From NCBI GenBank assembly GCA_903960515.1, contig CAJCBL010000023.1, forward strand, positions 7,909 to 71,908: DNA of 64,000 nt, written 5' to 3'. Within the stretch, counting starts at the first letter, position 1. The number at the start of each line of letters is the position of its first letter. A program made the position numbers and the translations under genes. Source of the stretch: an uncultured Verrucomicrobiota bacterium. GTDB taxonomy: Bacteria > Verrucomicrobiota > Verrucomicrobiia > Opitutales > Opitutaceae. Below are positions 46,228 to 55,923 of the stretch, one piece after another. The notes below the pieces were generated by a model. The model worked only from the letters and a program-made list of their open reading frames with translations. It ran no database searches and was not told the DNA's origin.

Positions 46228-48563
46228 AAGACGTCCCTCCAATCGCGGCCATAGAGCAGCACCTCGGGCTCCAGCTCGATGCCGTGGGCAGCCTTCACCC
46301 GCTCGCGTACGCGTCGCATCAGCGCGATCACATCTGCGGCGGTGGCCTGCCCGCGATTGACAATGAAATTGGCATGCACGGCCGACACCTCGGCGTCGCC
46401 CACCCGCTCGCCCTTGAGTCCGAGCGCGTCGATGAGGCGCCCGGCCGAGTCGTTGGGAGGGTTCTTGAACATGCAACCCGCGCTGGGGTCGCGCGGTTGC
46501 GTGGCGAGGCGGCGCACCTGGAAGGCTGCGATCTGCGCCTGGATATCGGCGGTAGGGACTCCGGCGGACACCGGGCGCAGCAGGGCGCCCAGCGCAATCG
46601 AATCGCCCAGCTCCCGGCAGTCCCGATACGCCACGTGCAACTCGTGCCTGCGCAGCGTACGCACAGTGCCGTCGAGCAGCACCAGGCGCACCGCCTCCAC
46701 AAGGTCGAACATCCAGCCGCCCATCGCGCCGGCGTTCATGCGCAGCGCACCGCCCAGGGTGCCGGGTATGCCCTCGAGAAACTCGAAACCGCGCAATCCG
46801 CGTGCAGCCGCCAGCCCGCACAGCTCCTTGAGCCGCAGCCCTGCGCCGGCCTCCACCCGGCCGTCGGGCCGCACGTCGAAACGCTGCCATTCCCGGCCGG
46901 CGAGCCGTAGCACCAGCGCCGCCACGCCCTCGTCGGGCACGAGCAGGTTCGAGCCGCGCCCCAGTATCAGCACCGGAAGCGCACGCAGCCGGGTTTCGCG
47001 CAGCAGCGCGCAGAGGTCGGCCTCGTTGGCCGGCTCGGCGTAGTAACGGGCCGGGCCACCCACGCGCATCGTGGTCTTGGGCCCGATCGGCTCGTTCTCC
47101 AGCAACTTGGTCTCCGGGGATAGCACACCCTGCAGCGCCCGCACGCACTCGCCCCAGCGCTCCTCCACCGCCACATCGCCCTGCAAATCGCGTACAAACT
47201 CGGCGGCGCTCTGGTCGATGTCTCCGGCGCCCACAAAGAGCACCAGGTCGCCCTCGCGCACCCGCTCGCGCAGCAGCCGCAGAAAGCCAGGACGGTCACC
47301 AGGAAGATAGTGCACCCGGGTGCCCGGCCCGCTGCGGGCGATCTCGGCATAGATGTCGGCAGTGGTGCCTCCGGCGATGGGCTGCTCGCTGGCGGCGTAC
47401 ACATCGAGAAGGAAGAGTTCGTCGGCCCCCAGCAGCGCGCGGGCGAAGTCGGCCTTGAAGCGCGCGGTGCGGCTGAAGCGGTGGGGCTGGAAGGCGACCA
47501 GCAGGCGCTTGTGGGGCAGCCGGCGCATGCCGCCAATCAAAGCCGCGATCTCCGTGGGATGGTGTGCGTAGTCCTCGATTACCTGGAGCCGGGCCGACTC
47601 CAGCATCACCACCTGCCGGCGTTTCACACCGGGATAGTGGGCGAGAAGGTCGGGCGTAACCGCCACTCCCAGACGCACGCACACCGCCAGCGCGGCGGCG
47701 GCGTTGAGGGCGTTGAAATCGCCTCCCGCGCGTACCCGGGCACTGGACGCACCGAAGGCCGGCGACAGGTCGAGCACCTGGCGGCCGTCCATCATGCCCA
47801 CGATGCGCACGGCGAACTCGCCCTCGAAGCCGAAGCGGTGCACCGGGGCGGTGAACCCGCGGCCGGCCAGCCGCGCCGAGAGCGCACAGGCCGGATTGAT
47901 GTAGATGTCCGAGCGCGTACGGGAAAACAGGGCGGCAAACGTAGCCTCCAGATCGCCGATCTGGCGGTAGTAGTCGGGGTGGTCCCAGTCGAGATTGGTG
48001 GCCACCGTGATCTCCGGCGAGAAGCGGTCGATGGTGCCGTCGCTCTCATCGATCTCGGCCACCACCCAGCCGTTGTGGTCGATCGCGGCCGGAGGCACGG
48101 AGTCGTCCTGGAATAGTCCACCCAGCAGCCAGCCTGCCTCGAAGCCGGCGCGGCGCAGCGCGGTGATGAGGAGTCCAGTGGTAGTGGTCTTCCCGTGCGC
48201 GCCTACGATGGCGATCAGCTTGCGGTCGCGCAGCAGCTCCGCGAGGAGCTCGCCGCGGCGCACCTGGGGCAGTCCCAACTGTGTGGCTACAACGCGGGCC
48301 GGATGCGCCGGGGCGATCGCCGATGAGTAGACCAGAAGCTGCGTCTGCGGCGGCACGAGGCCCACCGGGCCCAGAGCCACCCCAGCCTGATCCAGCCAGC
48401 GCTGGGCGGGCGCGGTGATCGCGTCGTCCTCGCCCGACACCGACCAGCCGCGCTGCGCCAGCAACATGGCCAGCGGCGTCATGCCCGCGCCGCCCACGCC
48501 TACAAGGTGGCAGTGGCGCACTGAGCAGCCGAAAAGCGGTGGCAACTGGATGGAGTCGCTCAT
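46224..48563 (-). CDS. murC: bifunctional UDP-N-acetylmuramate--L-alanine ligase / UDP-N-acetylenolpyruvoylglucosamine reductase (MurC-MurB fusion)
   Basis: One uninterrupted 779-aa frame. MurC spans aa 1-455 (HLVGVGGAGMTPLA, IVGAHGKTTTTGLL, VGAGDI). MurB spans aa 464-779 (TTMRVGGPARYYAEP, ILGRGSNLLV, GLRGFEFLEGIPGTLGGA, SAGCMFKNP). Confidence 0.9.
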   Translation of the reverse strand: MSDSIQLPPLFGCSVRHCHLVGVGGAGMTPLAMLLAQRGWSVSGEDDAITAPAQRWLDQAGVALGPVGLVPPQTQLLVYSSAIAPAHPARVVATQLGLPQVRRGELLAELLRDRKLIAIVGAHGKTTTTGLLITALRRAGFEAGWLLGGLFQDDSVPPAAIDHNGWVVAEIDESDGTIDRFSPEITVATNLDWDHPDYYRQIGDLEATFAALFSRTRSDIYINPACALSARLAGRGFTAPVHRFGFEGEFAVRIVGMMDGRQVLDLSPAFGASSARVRAGGDFNALNAAAALAVCVRLGVAVTPDLLAHYPGVKRRQVVMLESARLQVIEDYAHHPTEIAALIGGMRRLPHKRLLVAFQPHRFSRTARFKADFARALLGADELFLLDVYAASEQPIAGGTTADIYAEIARSGPGTRVHYLPGDRPGFLRLLRERVREGDLVLFVGAGDIDQSAAEFVRDLQGDVAVEERWGECVRALQGVLSPETKLLENEPIGPKTTMRVGGPARYYAEPANEADLCALLRETRLRALPVLILGRGSNLLVPDEGVAALVLRLAGREWQRFDVRPDGRVEAGAGLRLKELCGLAAARGLRGFEFLEGIPGTLGGALRMNAGAMGGWMFDLVEAVRLVLLDGTVRTLRRHELHVAYRDCRELGDSIALGALLRPVSAGVPTADIQAQIAAFQVRRLATQPRDPSAGCMFKNPPNDSAGRLIDALGLKGERVGDAEVSAVHANFIVNRGQATAADVIALMRRVRERVKAAHGIELEPEVLLYGRDWRDVL

Positions 48564-49690
48564 GAGGAGTGCAGCGCCGGGCTGGGGCGCCGGGGAGCCG
48601 CCGGGCCGGCGAGCGACTGGAGGTCGTCGATCATCGTCTCCAGAGAGTTTTCCTGATCCATCCGTTCGAGATTGTCGCGGAACTTGCGCAGCAACCAGTC
48701 GTTGAACACGAGCTCCTCCACCTCCTTGTGCAGATTGCCGAGGTAGCGCTGGTCCACGACCATTCCGCCGCCCTGCTGCTCGAAGAACTGCGCGTTGGCG
48801 GCCTGGTGGTTGTCGGCCGCATGGGGAAAGGGCACCAGCACCGCCGGGGTGCCGGTGCGCGCCAGTTCGGCAAGTGTGCCGGCGCCGGCGCGGGAAACCA
48901 CGACATCGGCACAGGAGAGCAACTCGGACATGCGGTCGCAGAACGGGACAAAATAGGATTTAACCACCCCACCCTCTCGGGTGCGCAGGGTGCGCTCCTC
49001 GCGGCTGGTGCGCTTGCCCGGTCCGGACACGCAGAATACCTGCACACCCTCCTGCGCCAGCGCCTCCAGGTGGCGCTCGGCCCAGTCGTTGAGGGGCGTG
49101 GCCCCCTGGCTGCCCCCCAACACCGCCACCAGGCGGCGGGCGGGCTCGATGGCCAGCGCCTCCAGGGCGGCAGCACGGGCGATACGTTGAAACTCGCTGC
49201 GCACAGGCAGGCCCTGGGGACGCACAGTGCCGCCGCGCGCACCGCTCAGGCGCACACCGGCGGGCAGATAGATGCGGTGCGCGAAACGGCTGAGCAGGCG
49301 CACCGCACGGCCGGGCACACGATTGGCCTCATGGAGCGCAACGGGGATTCGGCGAATCCGGGCTGCAAGCACAATGCTGGCCGTGGTGAACCCGCCGAAG
49401 CCCACGACCACATCGGGGCGGAGCTGGCGGAGCTGCTCGAGTCCGAAAGCGAAGCCGGCGCTCTGGTGCCAGAGGAAGCGGGCGAACCCCACCGGGTGGA
49501 GCGAGAGCGGGGCGGCGGGGATACGCGCGAGCTTGAGCCAAGGATACTTCTCCACCAGCCGGGAATCGACCTGTTTGCGCGAGATGAGCAGGTGCGGTTC
49601 GTGGCCGCGGGCCACCAGGCCCTCGGCCAGCGCGATGCCGGGCGCGAGGTGGCCACCGGTGCCGCCGCAGGCGATGAGGAAACGGCTCAC
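48560..49690 (-). CDS. murG: undecaprenyldiphospho-muramoylpentapeptide beta-N-acetylglucosaminyltransferase
   Basis: GTG 49690 overlaps the ftsW stop (GTGA). FLIACGGTGGHLAPGIALAEGL, and C-terminal AGAGTLAEL...AADNHQ..NA. Confidence 0.9.
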   Translation of the reverse strand: MSRFLIACGGTGGHLAPGIALAEGLVARGHEPHLLISRKQVDSRLVEKYPWLKLARIPAAPLSLHPVGFARFLWHQSAGFAFGLEQLRQLRPDVVVGFGGFTTASIVLAARIRRIPVALHEANRVPGRAVRLLSRFAHRIYLPAGVRLSGARGGTVRPQGLPVRSEFQRIARAAALEALAIEPARRLVAVLGGSQGATPLNDWAERHLEALAQEGVQVFCVSGPGKRTSREERTLRTREGGVVKSYFVPFCDRMSELLSCADVVVSRAGAGTLAELARTGTPAVLVPFPHAADNHQAANAQFFEQQGGGMVVDQRYLGNLHKEVEELVFNDWLLRKFRDNLERMDQENSLETMIDDLQSLAGPAAPRRPSPALHSS

Positions 49691-50859
49691 GAACTCACCT
49701 CCATCAAAGCGCGACGCGGGGTGAGGTTGGGCCGGTTCCAGGCGCGGCGGGTGTTGAAGATGATGCCGATTATGATACCCATCAGCACCAGGTTGGAGCC
49801 GCCGTAGGAGATGAACGGCATCGACATGCCCTTGGTCGGGAACGACCCGGTGACCACGCCCAGGTTGATGATCGCCTGCAGGGCCAGCAGCAGCAGCGAG
49901 CCTACGACCAGCAGGTATCCAAAGAGATTGGGTGCACGGCGCGCGTGCGCCAGGCCCGCGCCAAAGAGCCCTGCGAAGGCGAGGACCGCCGCCAGGGTGT
50001 ACCAGAGCCCGAGCTCCTCGCCCACGATGGCGAAGATGAAGTCGGTATGCGCCTCGGGCAGGAAGGCCATCTGCTGGCGCCCGTTGCCCAGTCCGGCGCC
50101 ATCGAGCCCGCCGGAGGCGAATGCCAGGATCGCCTGCCAGAGCTGATACGCACCGTCGGACCGGTTGCCCTCCACATCGAGGAAAGAGGTGATGCGCCCG
50201 AAACGCACCGGGTCGTGCCAGACCGCCAGCGAAAACAGCCCCAGGCCCGCCAGGACGGTGGGGATCATGTAGAGCAGCCGCACGCCGGCCAGGAAAAGCA
50301 TAATAAACCCCACCCCACCGGTGAGCGCGGTGGTGCCGAAATCGGGCTCGGCAATGATCAACATACAGAAGGCCCCAATGCCCACGCAGGGCATCAAGAA
50401 GCCCCGCTTGAAGGTGGGCATATGCCGCTGGTTGATCCCGCAGTAGTGGGCAAGGGCGAAGACCATCGCGATCTTGGCGAACTCCGAAGGCTGGATGCGC
50501 GCGAAGCCGAGCTCCACCCAGCGGCGCGCCCCGTTGACGGTCACCCCGATATGCGGAATGAGCACGCCCAGCAGCGCGGCAAGCGCCACGCCGGCTATGA
50601 TCCACGCGTATCGGCGGAAATGTTCCAGATCGAGACGGCTCACCAACCACCCCGCCGCCACGGCCACTCCCAGCCAGATCAGCTGGCGCTTCAGGAAGAA
50701 GTACGGATCGGCCCGCAGCGAGGCGGTGCTGCTGAACAGGATCGTAAGGCCGAGCACCGACAAGGCCACGGCGCAGATCAGCACTATCCACGCTGGCTGC
50801 ACCAGCATGGGGCTGCGCTGCTGAGCAGGCGCCTGAACTATGGATTGGGTGGCGGTCAC
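49687..50859 (-). CDS. ftsW: peptidoglycan glycosyltransferase FtsW (SEDS family)
   Basis: GTG 50859, with ATG 50808 as an alternative. About 10 TM segments. RIQPSEFAKI and PFISYGGSNL are SEDS motifs. Confidence 0.9.
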   Translation of the reverse strand: MTATQSIVQAPAQQRSPMLVQPAWIVLICAVALSVLGLTILFSSTASLRADPYFFLKRQLIWLGVAVAAGWLVSRLDLEHFRRYAWIIAGVALAALLGVLIPHIGVTVNGARRWVELGFARIQPSEFAKIAMVFALAHYCGINQRHMPTFKRGFLMPCVGIGAFCMLIIAEPDFGTTALTGGVGFIMLFLAGVRLLYMIPTVLAGLGLFSLAVWHDPVRFGRITSFLDVEGNRSDGAYQLWQAILAFASGGLDGAGLGNGRQQMAFLPEAHTDFIFAIVGEELGLWYTLAAVLAFAGLFGAGLAHARRAPNLFGYLLVVGSLLLLALQAIINLGVVTGSFPTKGMSMPFISYGGSNLVLMGIIIGIIFNTRRAWNRPNLTPRRALMEVSS

Positions 50860-50887
50860 GGAGCGAAGTTGGGAAGGCGGCGCCTAA

Positions 50888-52012
50888 TCAGTCGACATGG
50901 GGTGCGAGCACGGCCGGCGGCGGCTCGTCCACGCGGATCACCGGGGCATCGGCGGCGGCATCGGGCAGGCCGGCATCAAGGTCGGCGCCGGGGGCCGGGG
51001 CAACCGGAGCCACCGGAGCGGGCTCGGCCCTGGGGGCCCTGGGGGCGGGCTTAGAGGCGATCTCCGGCACAAGCGAGAGGGCCGGCTTGGCGGCCGAGGA
51101 GGCGCCGGCGCCGGGGATGTTGAGCAACTGGCCGATACGGATCTTGCGCGGATCGGTGAGCTGATTGGCGCGGGCGAGCTCGCCCACCGTGATCTTGTAC
51201 TTGCGCGCTATGGACTCGGCGCTCTCGCCCTGCCCTACGGTGTGCACTCCGGCAGGCCCGGAAGCGGGGGCCGGGGCGGCGGCGACCGGGGCGGAGGCAC
51301 GAGCCGGTACAGGCGCGGGAGCGCGAACGGCGGGCGCGGGTGCGGGCGCCACAGCACCACGCGTGCCCGAAGTACCGCTACCGGGCACCTGCAGCGCCTG
51401 GCCGATCTTGAGGTTGTCGTTGGCCAGGCCGTTGAGGGCGCGCAGCGCTGCGGCAGTGGTATGGTGACGGGTGGCAATCTTGGAAAGGGTGTCGCCCGAC
51501 TTCACCGTGTAGGTGCCGCCACCGGACGCTGGAGCGGAAGGCTCCGCTGCGGCTGCGGCGGGGCCGGCGGCCTTGGATCCCTTGTGGGGAATCACCAGCT
51601 TCTGGCCGGGGCGCAGGGTGGCGTTGCTGGTAGAGTTGTTGGCCGCAGCGAGCTCGGCCACGCTGATACCGTTCTTGCGGGCGATGAGCGCGAAGCTGTC
51701 ACCCTTGACCACCGTGTAGGTGCGCGCCGGCTGGACCTCGGCGGCGGCCGCAGTGCCGGGGCGGGTGGGCGCGGAGCGCTCACCGGCGGAGCCCGAGGGC
51801 TGAGCAAAGGGCAAGTTGAGGGCGAACTCCCCAGCGCCCTCTGTGGGCTCGGCGGCGGCCACCGGGCGGTCGCTCGGAGCCTCGGGCGCGGGTGCCACCG
51901 GGGCGGCAGTCTCGGGCCGGGCCGTGTTCGAACGGCAGCCCGGCTGGGCGATAATCAGATAGGCGACGACGTGGATACCCACGACTACACCGAGCACTTT
52001 GAGGATGTTCAT
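50888..52012 (-). CDS. membrane-anchored protein with three LysM peptidoglycan-binding domains
   Basis: N-terminal TM ([19 protein letters not shown]). Three LysM repeats: [54 protein letters not shown] and [27 protein letters not shown]. Confidence 0.85.
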   Translation of the reverse strand: MNILKVLGVVVGIHVVAYLIIAQPGCRSNTARPETAAPVAPAPEAPSDRPVAAAEPTEGAGEFALNLPFAQPSGSAGERSAPTRPGTAAAAEVQPARTYTVVKGDSFALIARKNGISVAELAAANNSTSNATLRPGQKLVIPHKGSKAAGPAAAAAEPSAPASGGGTYTVKSGDTLSKIATRHHTTAAALRALNGLANDNLKIGQALQVPGSGTSGTRGAVAPAPAPAVRAPAPVPARASAPVAAAPAPASGPAGVHTVGQGESAESIARKYKITVGELARANQLTDPRKIRIGQLLNIPGAGASSAAKPALSLVPEIASKPAPRAPRAEPAPVAPVAPAPGADLDAGLPDAAADAPVIRVDEPPPAVLAPHVD

Positions 52013-52040
52013 GGCGGGAAGGAGAAAGATTGGTTGGTGA

Positions 52041-53342
52041 TCAGGACAAAGTACCTACCGGGTGGCGGGCGGCGGAGAGTTCGCGCACGACCGCCTCGAA
52101 GCGCTCGCCACGGTCCTCGTAGTTGCGAAACATGTCGAAGCTGGCGAACCCGGGGCTGAGCAGCACCTGGTCGCCAGGGCGGGCCAGGGCGGCGCCACGG
52201 CGCACCGCCTCGGGCAGGGAGGCGCAGATGCTGTGGGGCAGCCCGGCGGCGGCCGCACCGGCGGCCAGCTCCCCGGCGGTTTCTCCGATGAGCAAGAGGT
52301 GGGAGACCAGGCCGCGCAGCGATGTGGCGAAGGCGCGGATATCCCCGCCCTTGGCGCGCCCGCCGGCCACAAGGATAACCGGCCGGCCGAAACGCCGCAG
52401 GGCGCCATGTACGGCGTGGAAGTTGGTGGCCTTGGAGTCGTTCCAGTAGCGCACCCCATCCACCTCGGCCACGGGCGTGAGGCGATGGCGGCCCAGGGTG
52501 AAGCTGCGCGCCGCCGCAAGCAGCGCCTCCTCGGGCAGGCCGGCTGAGCGCCACCAGGCCTCGGCCAGCACGAAGTTCTCACGCTGCGGATACTCGGCGA
52601 AGACCGTCCCCGCCAGCCGGGCGTCGGGCAACAGGCCCTCGCTGCGCAGGCAGGTCTCCGGGGGAAGCGCACGCCCCAGCCGCGAGGCCCAGGCGGCCAC
52701 CGAAGTGCCCACCCAGAAGCGGCCGCTGGGGGTGCAGTGCACAAGGCGCAGCTTGGCGTCGAAGTACGCCCCCATGCCGGGGTGACGCTCGAGATGATCC
52801 TCGGCGAGATTGGTCCAAAGCGTGGCCTCGGCTCGGAAATGCCGCAGCGTTTCCGACTGAAAGGAACTCACTTCGCAGACGGCCACCGTGTCCTGCGCAT
52901 GCGGGGCCACCACGGCGCTGGAGAACGGATACCCCACATTGCCCACGGCCAGGGCCGGCACTCCGGCGGCGCGCAGAGCGTGGGTGAGGAACTCGGTGAG
53001 CGTGGTTTTACCGTTGGTACCGGTGATCGCCACGATGCGCCCGCGCCAGAACAGCGAGGCAAAGTCGAGCTCGCCCAGGCAGACGCAACCGGCCGCCCGG
53101 GCCGCCACCAGCCACGCATGCTCGGGGGCGAAGCCCGGGCTGAATACCACCAGCGAGTGGCCGGCGGCCTGGGCCGCGGTGAACTCGGGGCGCGCCGTGC
53201 CGCCCTTGGCATCGTACACCACCGCCTGAGTCCCCAGCCCGTGCAGGAGTTCCACAACGCCCTCCCCGCTCACGCCCGCGCCAAACACCGCGACCGGGCG
53301 GTCGAGGAGCGGGCGAAGAAAATCGGGAGCGACGGGCGACAT
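52041..53342 (-). CDS. murD: UDP-N-acetylmuramoylalanine--D-glutamate ligase
   Basis: [29 protein letters not shown] and [17 protein letters not shown]. Confidence 0.9.
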   Translation of the reverse strand: MSPVAPDFLRPLLDRPVAVFGAGVSGEGVVELLHGLGTQAVVYDAKGGTARPEFTAAQAAGHSLVVFSPGFAPEHAWLVAARAAGCVCLGELDFASLFWRGRIVAITGTNGKTTLTEFLTHALRAAGVPALAVGNVGYPFSSAVVAPHAQDTVAVCEVSSFQSETLRHFRAEATLWTNLAEDHLERHPGMGAYFDAKLRLVHCTPSGRFWVGTSVAAWASRLGRALPPETCLRSEGLLPDARLAGTVFAEYPQRENFVLAEAWWRSAGLPEEALLAAARSFTLGRHRLTPVAEVDGVRYWNDSKATNFHAVHGALRRFGRPVILVAGGRAKGGDIRAFATSLRGLVSHLLLIGETAGELAAGAAAAGLPHSICASLPEAVRRGAALARPGDQVLLSPGFASFDMFRNYEDRGERFEAVVRELSAARHPVGTLS

Positions 53343-53345
53343 GGT

Positions 53346-54470
53346 TCAGCGGAGCTTCAGAGTGGCCAATCCGGCCAGAGCGCAAATCAGCGAGAGGATC
53401 CAGAAACGGGCTACAACCTTGGTCTCCGGCCAGCCCAGCTTCTGGAAATGGTGGTGGATGGGGGCCATCCGGAAGAAGCGCTTGCCCACGCCGTCGGGGC
53501 CCTTGGTGGCCTTGTAGTAGCCCACCTGGATGACGACCGACAGCCCCTCGGCCACAAAGACTCCGCCCACGATCACCAGCGTAACCGGTTGGTGGACCAT
53601 GAAGGCCATGATGCCGATCAGCCCGCCAAGGGCCAGCGAACCGGTGTCGCCCATGAAGATCTCGGCCGGGTGCGAGTTGTACCAAAGGAAGGCGATACAG
53701 GCGCCGATGAGCGCACCGCACACCACGGTGAGCTCCCCGGTGCCGGGCACATGGCTGATCAGCAGGTATCCGGAGATCACGGCGTGTCCGGCCGCGTAGG
53801 CCATGATGCCGTAGACGAGGGCCACCGAGAGGGTGCAGCCGGCCGCCAGCCCGTCGAGGCCGTCGGTGAGGTTGATGAAGTTGGAGAAGCCCACCACCCA
53901 CAGAAACATCGGCACGAAGAGCACCGGCAGGCACCACCAAGTCTCGGGTACAACGAAGGCCGGGTTCTTCAGGAAGGGCAGCCAGAGCTCGTGGATCTTG
54001 TGGGCGCTGAGCGGATGCAGCACGAGGGCCGCAAGGGCCACAGCGGTGATCAGAGTCTGCCAGGCCATCTTCTCGGCCGAGGAGATGCCGGCCTTGCTCT
54101 TGTGGACGACCTTCAGGTAGTCGTCGCGAAAACCCACCACGGTGAGCGCAGCGTAGACAAAGAGCGCCACCACCACCCAGATGTTGGGCTCGGCCCAGAG
54201 GAACGAGGAAAGCACTACCGAGCCGGAGATGAGCAGCCCGCCCATCGTGGGGGTATTCTGTTTGTCGAAACGGTGCGCGAGGTCGCCGGTGCGCGGATCG
54301 GGGCAGTTCTCGCCAAACTTGAGCCGGCGCAGGCGCGCGATCAGCCAGGGACCGATGATGAAGCCCACCAGCATCGCCGTGAGAGCGGCGAGCACGGTGC
54401 GCACGGTGATGAACCCGAGCAGGCGCAGCGGTCCGAGGAAGGCTTCGTATTTGGCGAGGTAGGAAAGCAT
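53346..54470 (-). CDS. mraY: phospho-N-acetylmuramoyl-pentapeptide transferase
   Basis: KQNTPTMGG, NLTDGLDGLAAG, FMGDTGSLALGG and MAPIHHHF. Confidence 0.95.
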   Translation of the reverse strand: MLSYLAKYEAFLGPLRLLGFITVRTVLAALTAMLVGFIIGPWLIARLRRLKFGENCPDPRTGDLAHRFDKQNTPTMGGLLISGSVVLSSFLWAEPNIWVVVALFVYAALTVVGFRDDYLKVVHKSKAGISSAEKMAWQTLITAVALAALVLHPLSAHKIHELWLPFLKNPAFVVPETWWCLPVLFVPMFLWVVGFSNFINLTDGLDGLAAGCTLSVALVYGIMAYAAGHAVISGYLLISHVPGTGELTVVCGALIGACIAFLWYNSHPAEIFMGDTGSLALGGLIGIMAFMVHQPVTLVIVGGVFVAEGLSVVIQVGYYKATKGPDGVGKRFFRMAPIHHHFQKLGWPETKVVARFWILSLICALAGLATLKLR

Positions 54471-54473
54471 GGC

Positions 54474-55871
54474 TCAGTGGGCCGCCCCAGCGGGAGGCGC
54501 GTCGGAGAAGAGGGTTTCGAGCTGGAACCGGCGGCTGCCCTTCACAAACACCGCGCCTTGGAAATGCGCCAAGTCCTGCCGGATCGTGTCGAGGCCGGCG
54601 GGAGCAAGCACCTGTGAGAGGAGGTTGCCTGCGGCGAGCATCCCCTCGGCCACGGCGGCGGCATGCGGCCCCACCACATAGGCCCGGTCGGCCGAGCGCA
54701 GGCACAGCCCGGCGCCCAGGCGACGATGGTAGTCGGGCGCTCCGGTCCCGAGCTCCTCCATGCCGCCCAGCACGTAGAGGCGCGGCAACTCCGCAGGTGT
54801 GAGCTGCTGGAATACCGACAAGGAGTCGGTCATCGAGGCGGGGTTGGCGTTGTAGCAGTCGAGATAGACCAGTTGGGCGCCGATCTGGCGAAGCTCGCCG
54901 CGCAGGCGTGCGGGCTCCCAGCCGGAGAGGCGCTGCTGCAGGGTGGAATCGTCCACGCCCAGGGCGGAGGCCATGAGCAGCGCGAGCACGGCGTTCTGTG
55001 CCATGCCATCGGAGACGCGCCGCAGGCGGAAGCGCCGAGGCGCCCCACCCGGACTCAGGACAACCTCGGTATGTTCCGCGCGGTGCTCGACGCAGAAATC
55101 CACAAAGCGGTGGCGCGAGGAGCCGGCCTCGGCCGCCTGGCCCGCCGGCACAGCGATGCAGGCCTCGCAGGCGAGAGTGTGGAACGCAGCCTGCTGCCAG
55201 ACTGACCACGGAAAGACGGCCAACCCGCCCTGCTGCAGCGCACGCAGCAGTTCGGACTTCTCCCGGGCAATTGTCTCAAGCGATCCGAGACGCTCCAAGT
55301 GCGCCGGGGCCACCAGAGTGATCAGCGCGTAGTCGGGCTGGATCATCGCCGCCAGAGCGCGCATTTCGCCGGGCCGGTCGATGCCGGCCTCCACCACCGC
55401 GTGGCGTGTAACTCCCGGCTCGATGCGCAGGAGGGTGAGCGGCACTCCGAGGTGGTTGTTGAGATTGCCCTGGGTGGCCAGCACCGCCGGCGCCTCGCCC
55501 AGCAGGCGGGCGAGCAGATCCTTGGTGGAAGTCTTGCCTGCGCTGCCACTGATGCCGACGACCTTCACCCCGGAGCTTTGACGATGGAGGCGGGCGATCT
55601 CCTGCAACGCGGCGAGCGGATCGGCCACCACCAACTGCGGCAACGCAGCCTGCTCCACGGCGCGGGAAACCAGCGCGGCTGCGGCGCCGGCTGCGGCAGC
55701 TGCAGCCAGATAGTCGTGACCGTCGCGCTTTTCCGTGCACAGGGCCACAAACACTTGCCCCGACTGCAGCGTGCGCGAGTCGGGGTTGAAGCCGTGAATG
55801 GGCGAGACCGGGAGCGAGGTCCACCGGCCATGGGCCCAGGCGGCAAGCAGATCTGGAGGATACAGGGGCAC
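54474..55871 (-). CDS. murF: UDP-N-acetylmuramoyl-tripeptide--D-alanyl-D-alanine ligase
   Basis: GTG start at 55871. VVGISGSAGKTSTKDLL and NANPASM. Confidence 0.9.
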   Translation of the reverse strand: MPLYPPDLLAAWAHGRWTSLPVSPIHGFNPDSRTLQSGQVFVALCTEKRDGHDYLAAAAAAGAAAALVSRAVEQAALPQLVVADPLAALQEIARLHRQSSGVKVVGISGSAGKTSTKDLLARLLGEAPAVLATQGNLNNHLGVPLTLLRIEPGVTRHAVVEAGIDRPGEMRALAAMIQPDYALITLVAPAHLERLGSLETIAREKSELLRALQQGGLAVFPWSVWQQAAFHTLACEACIAVPAGQAAEAGSSRHRFVDFCVEHRAEHTEVVLSPGGAPRRFRLRRVSDGMAQNAVLALLMASALGVDDSTLQQRLSGWEPARLRGELRQIGAQLVYLDCYNANPASMTDSLSVFQQLTPAELPRLYVLGGMEELGTGAPDYHRRLGAGLCLRSADRAYVVGPHAAAVAEGMLAAGNLLSQVLAPAGLDTIRQDLAHFQGAVFVKGSRRFQLETLFSDAPPAGAAH

Positions 55872-55923
55872 GTTGGCGGGCGGCGGGCGGCCTCAAAGGC
55901 CGGTTACAAGAGGGAGCGATGGC

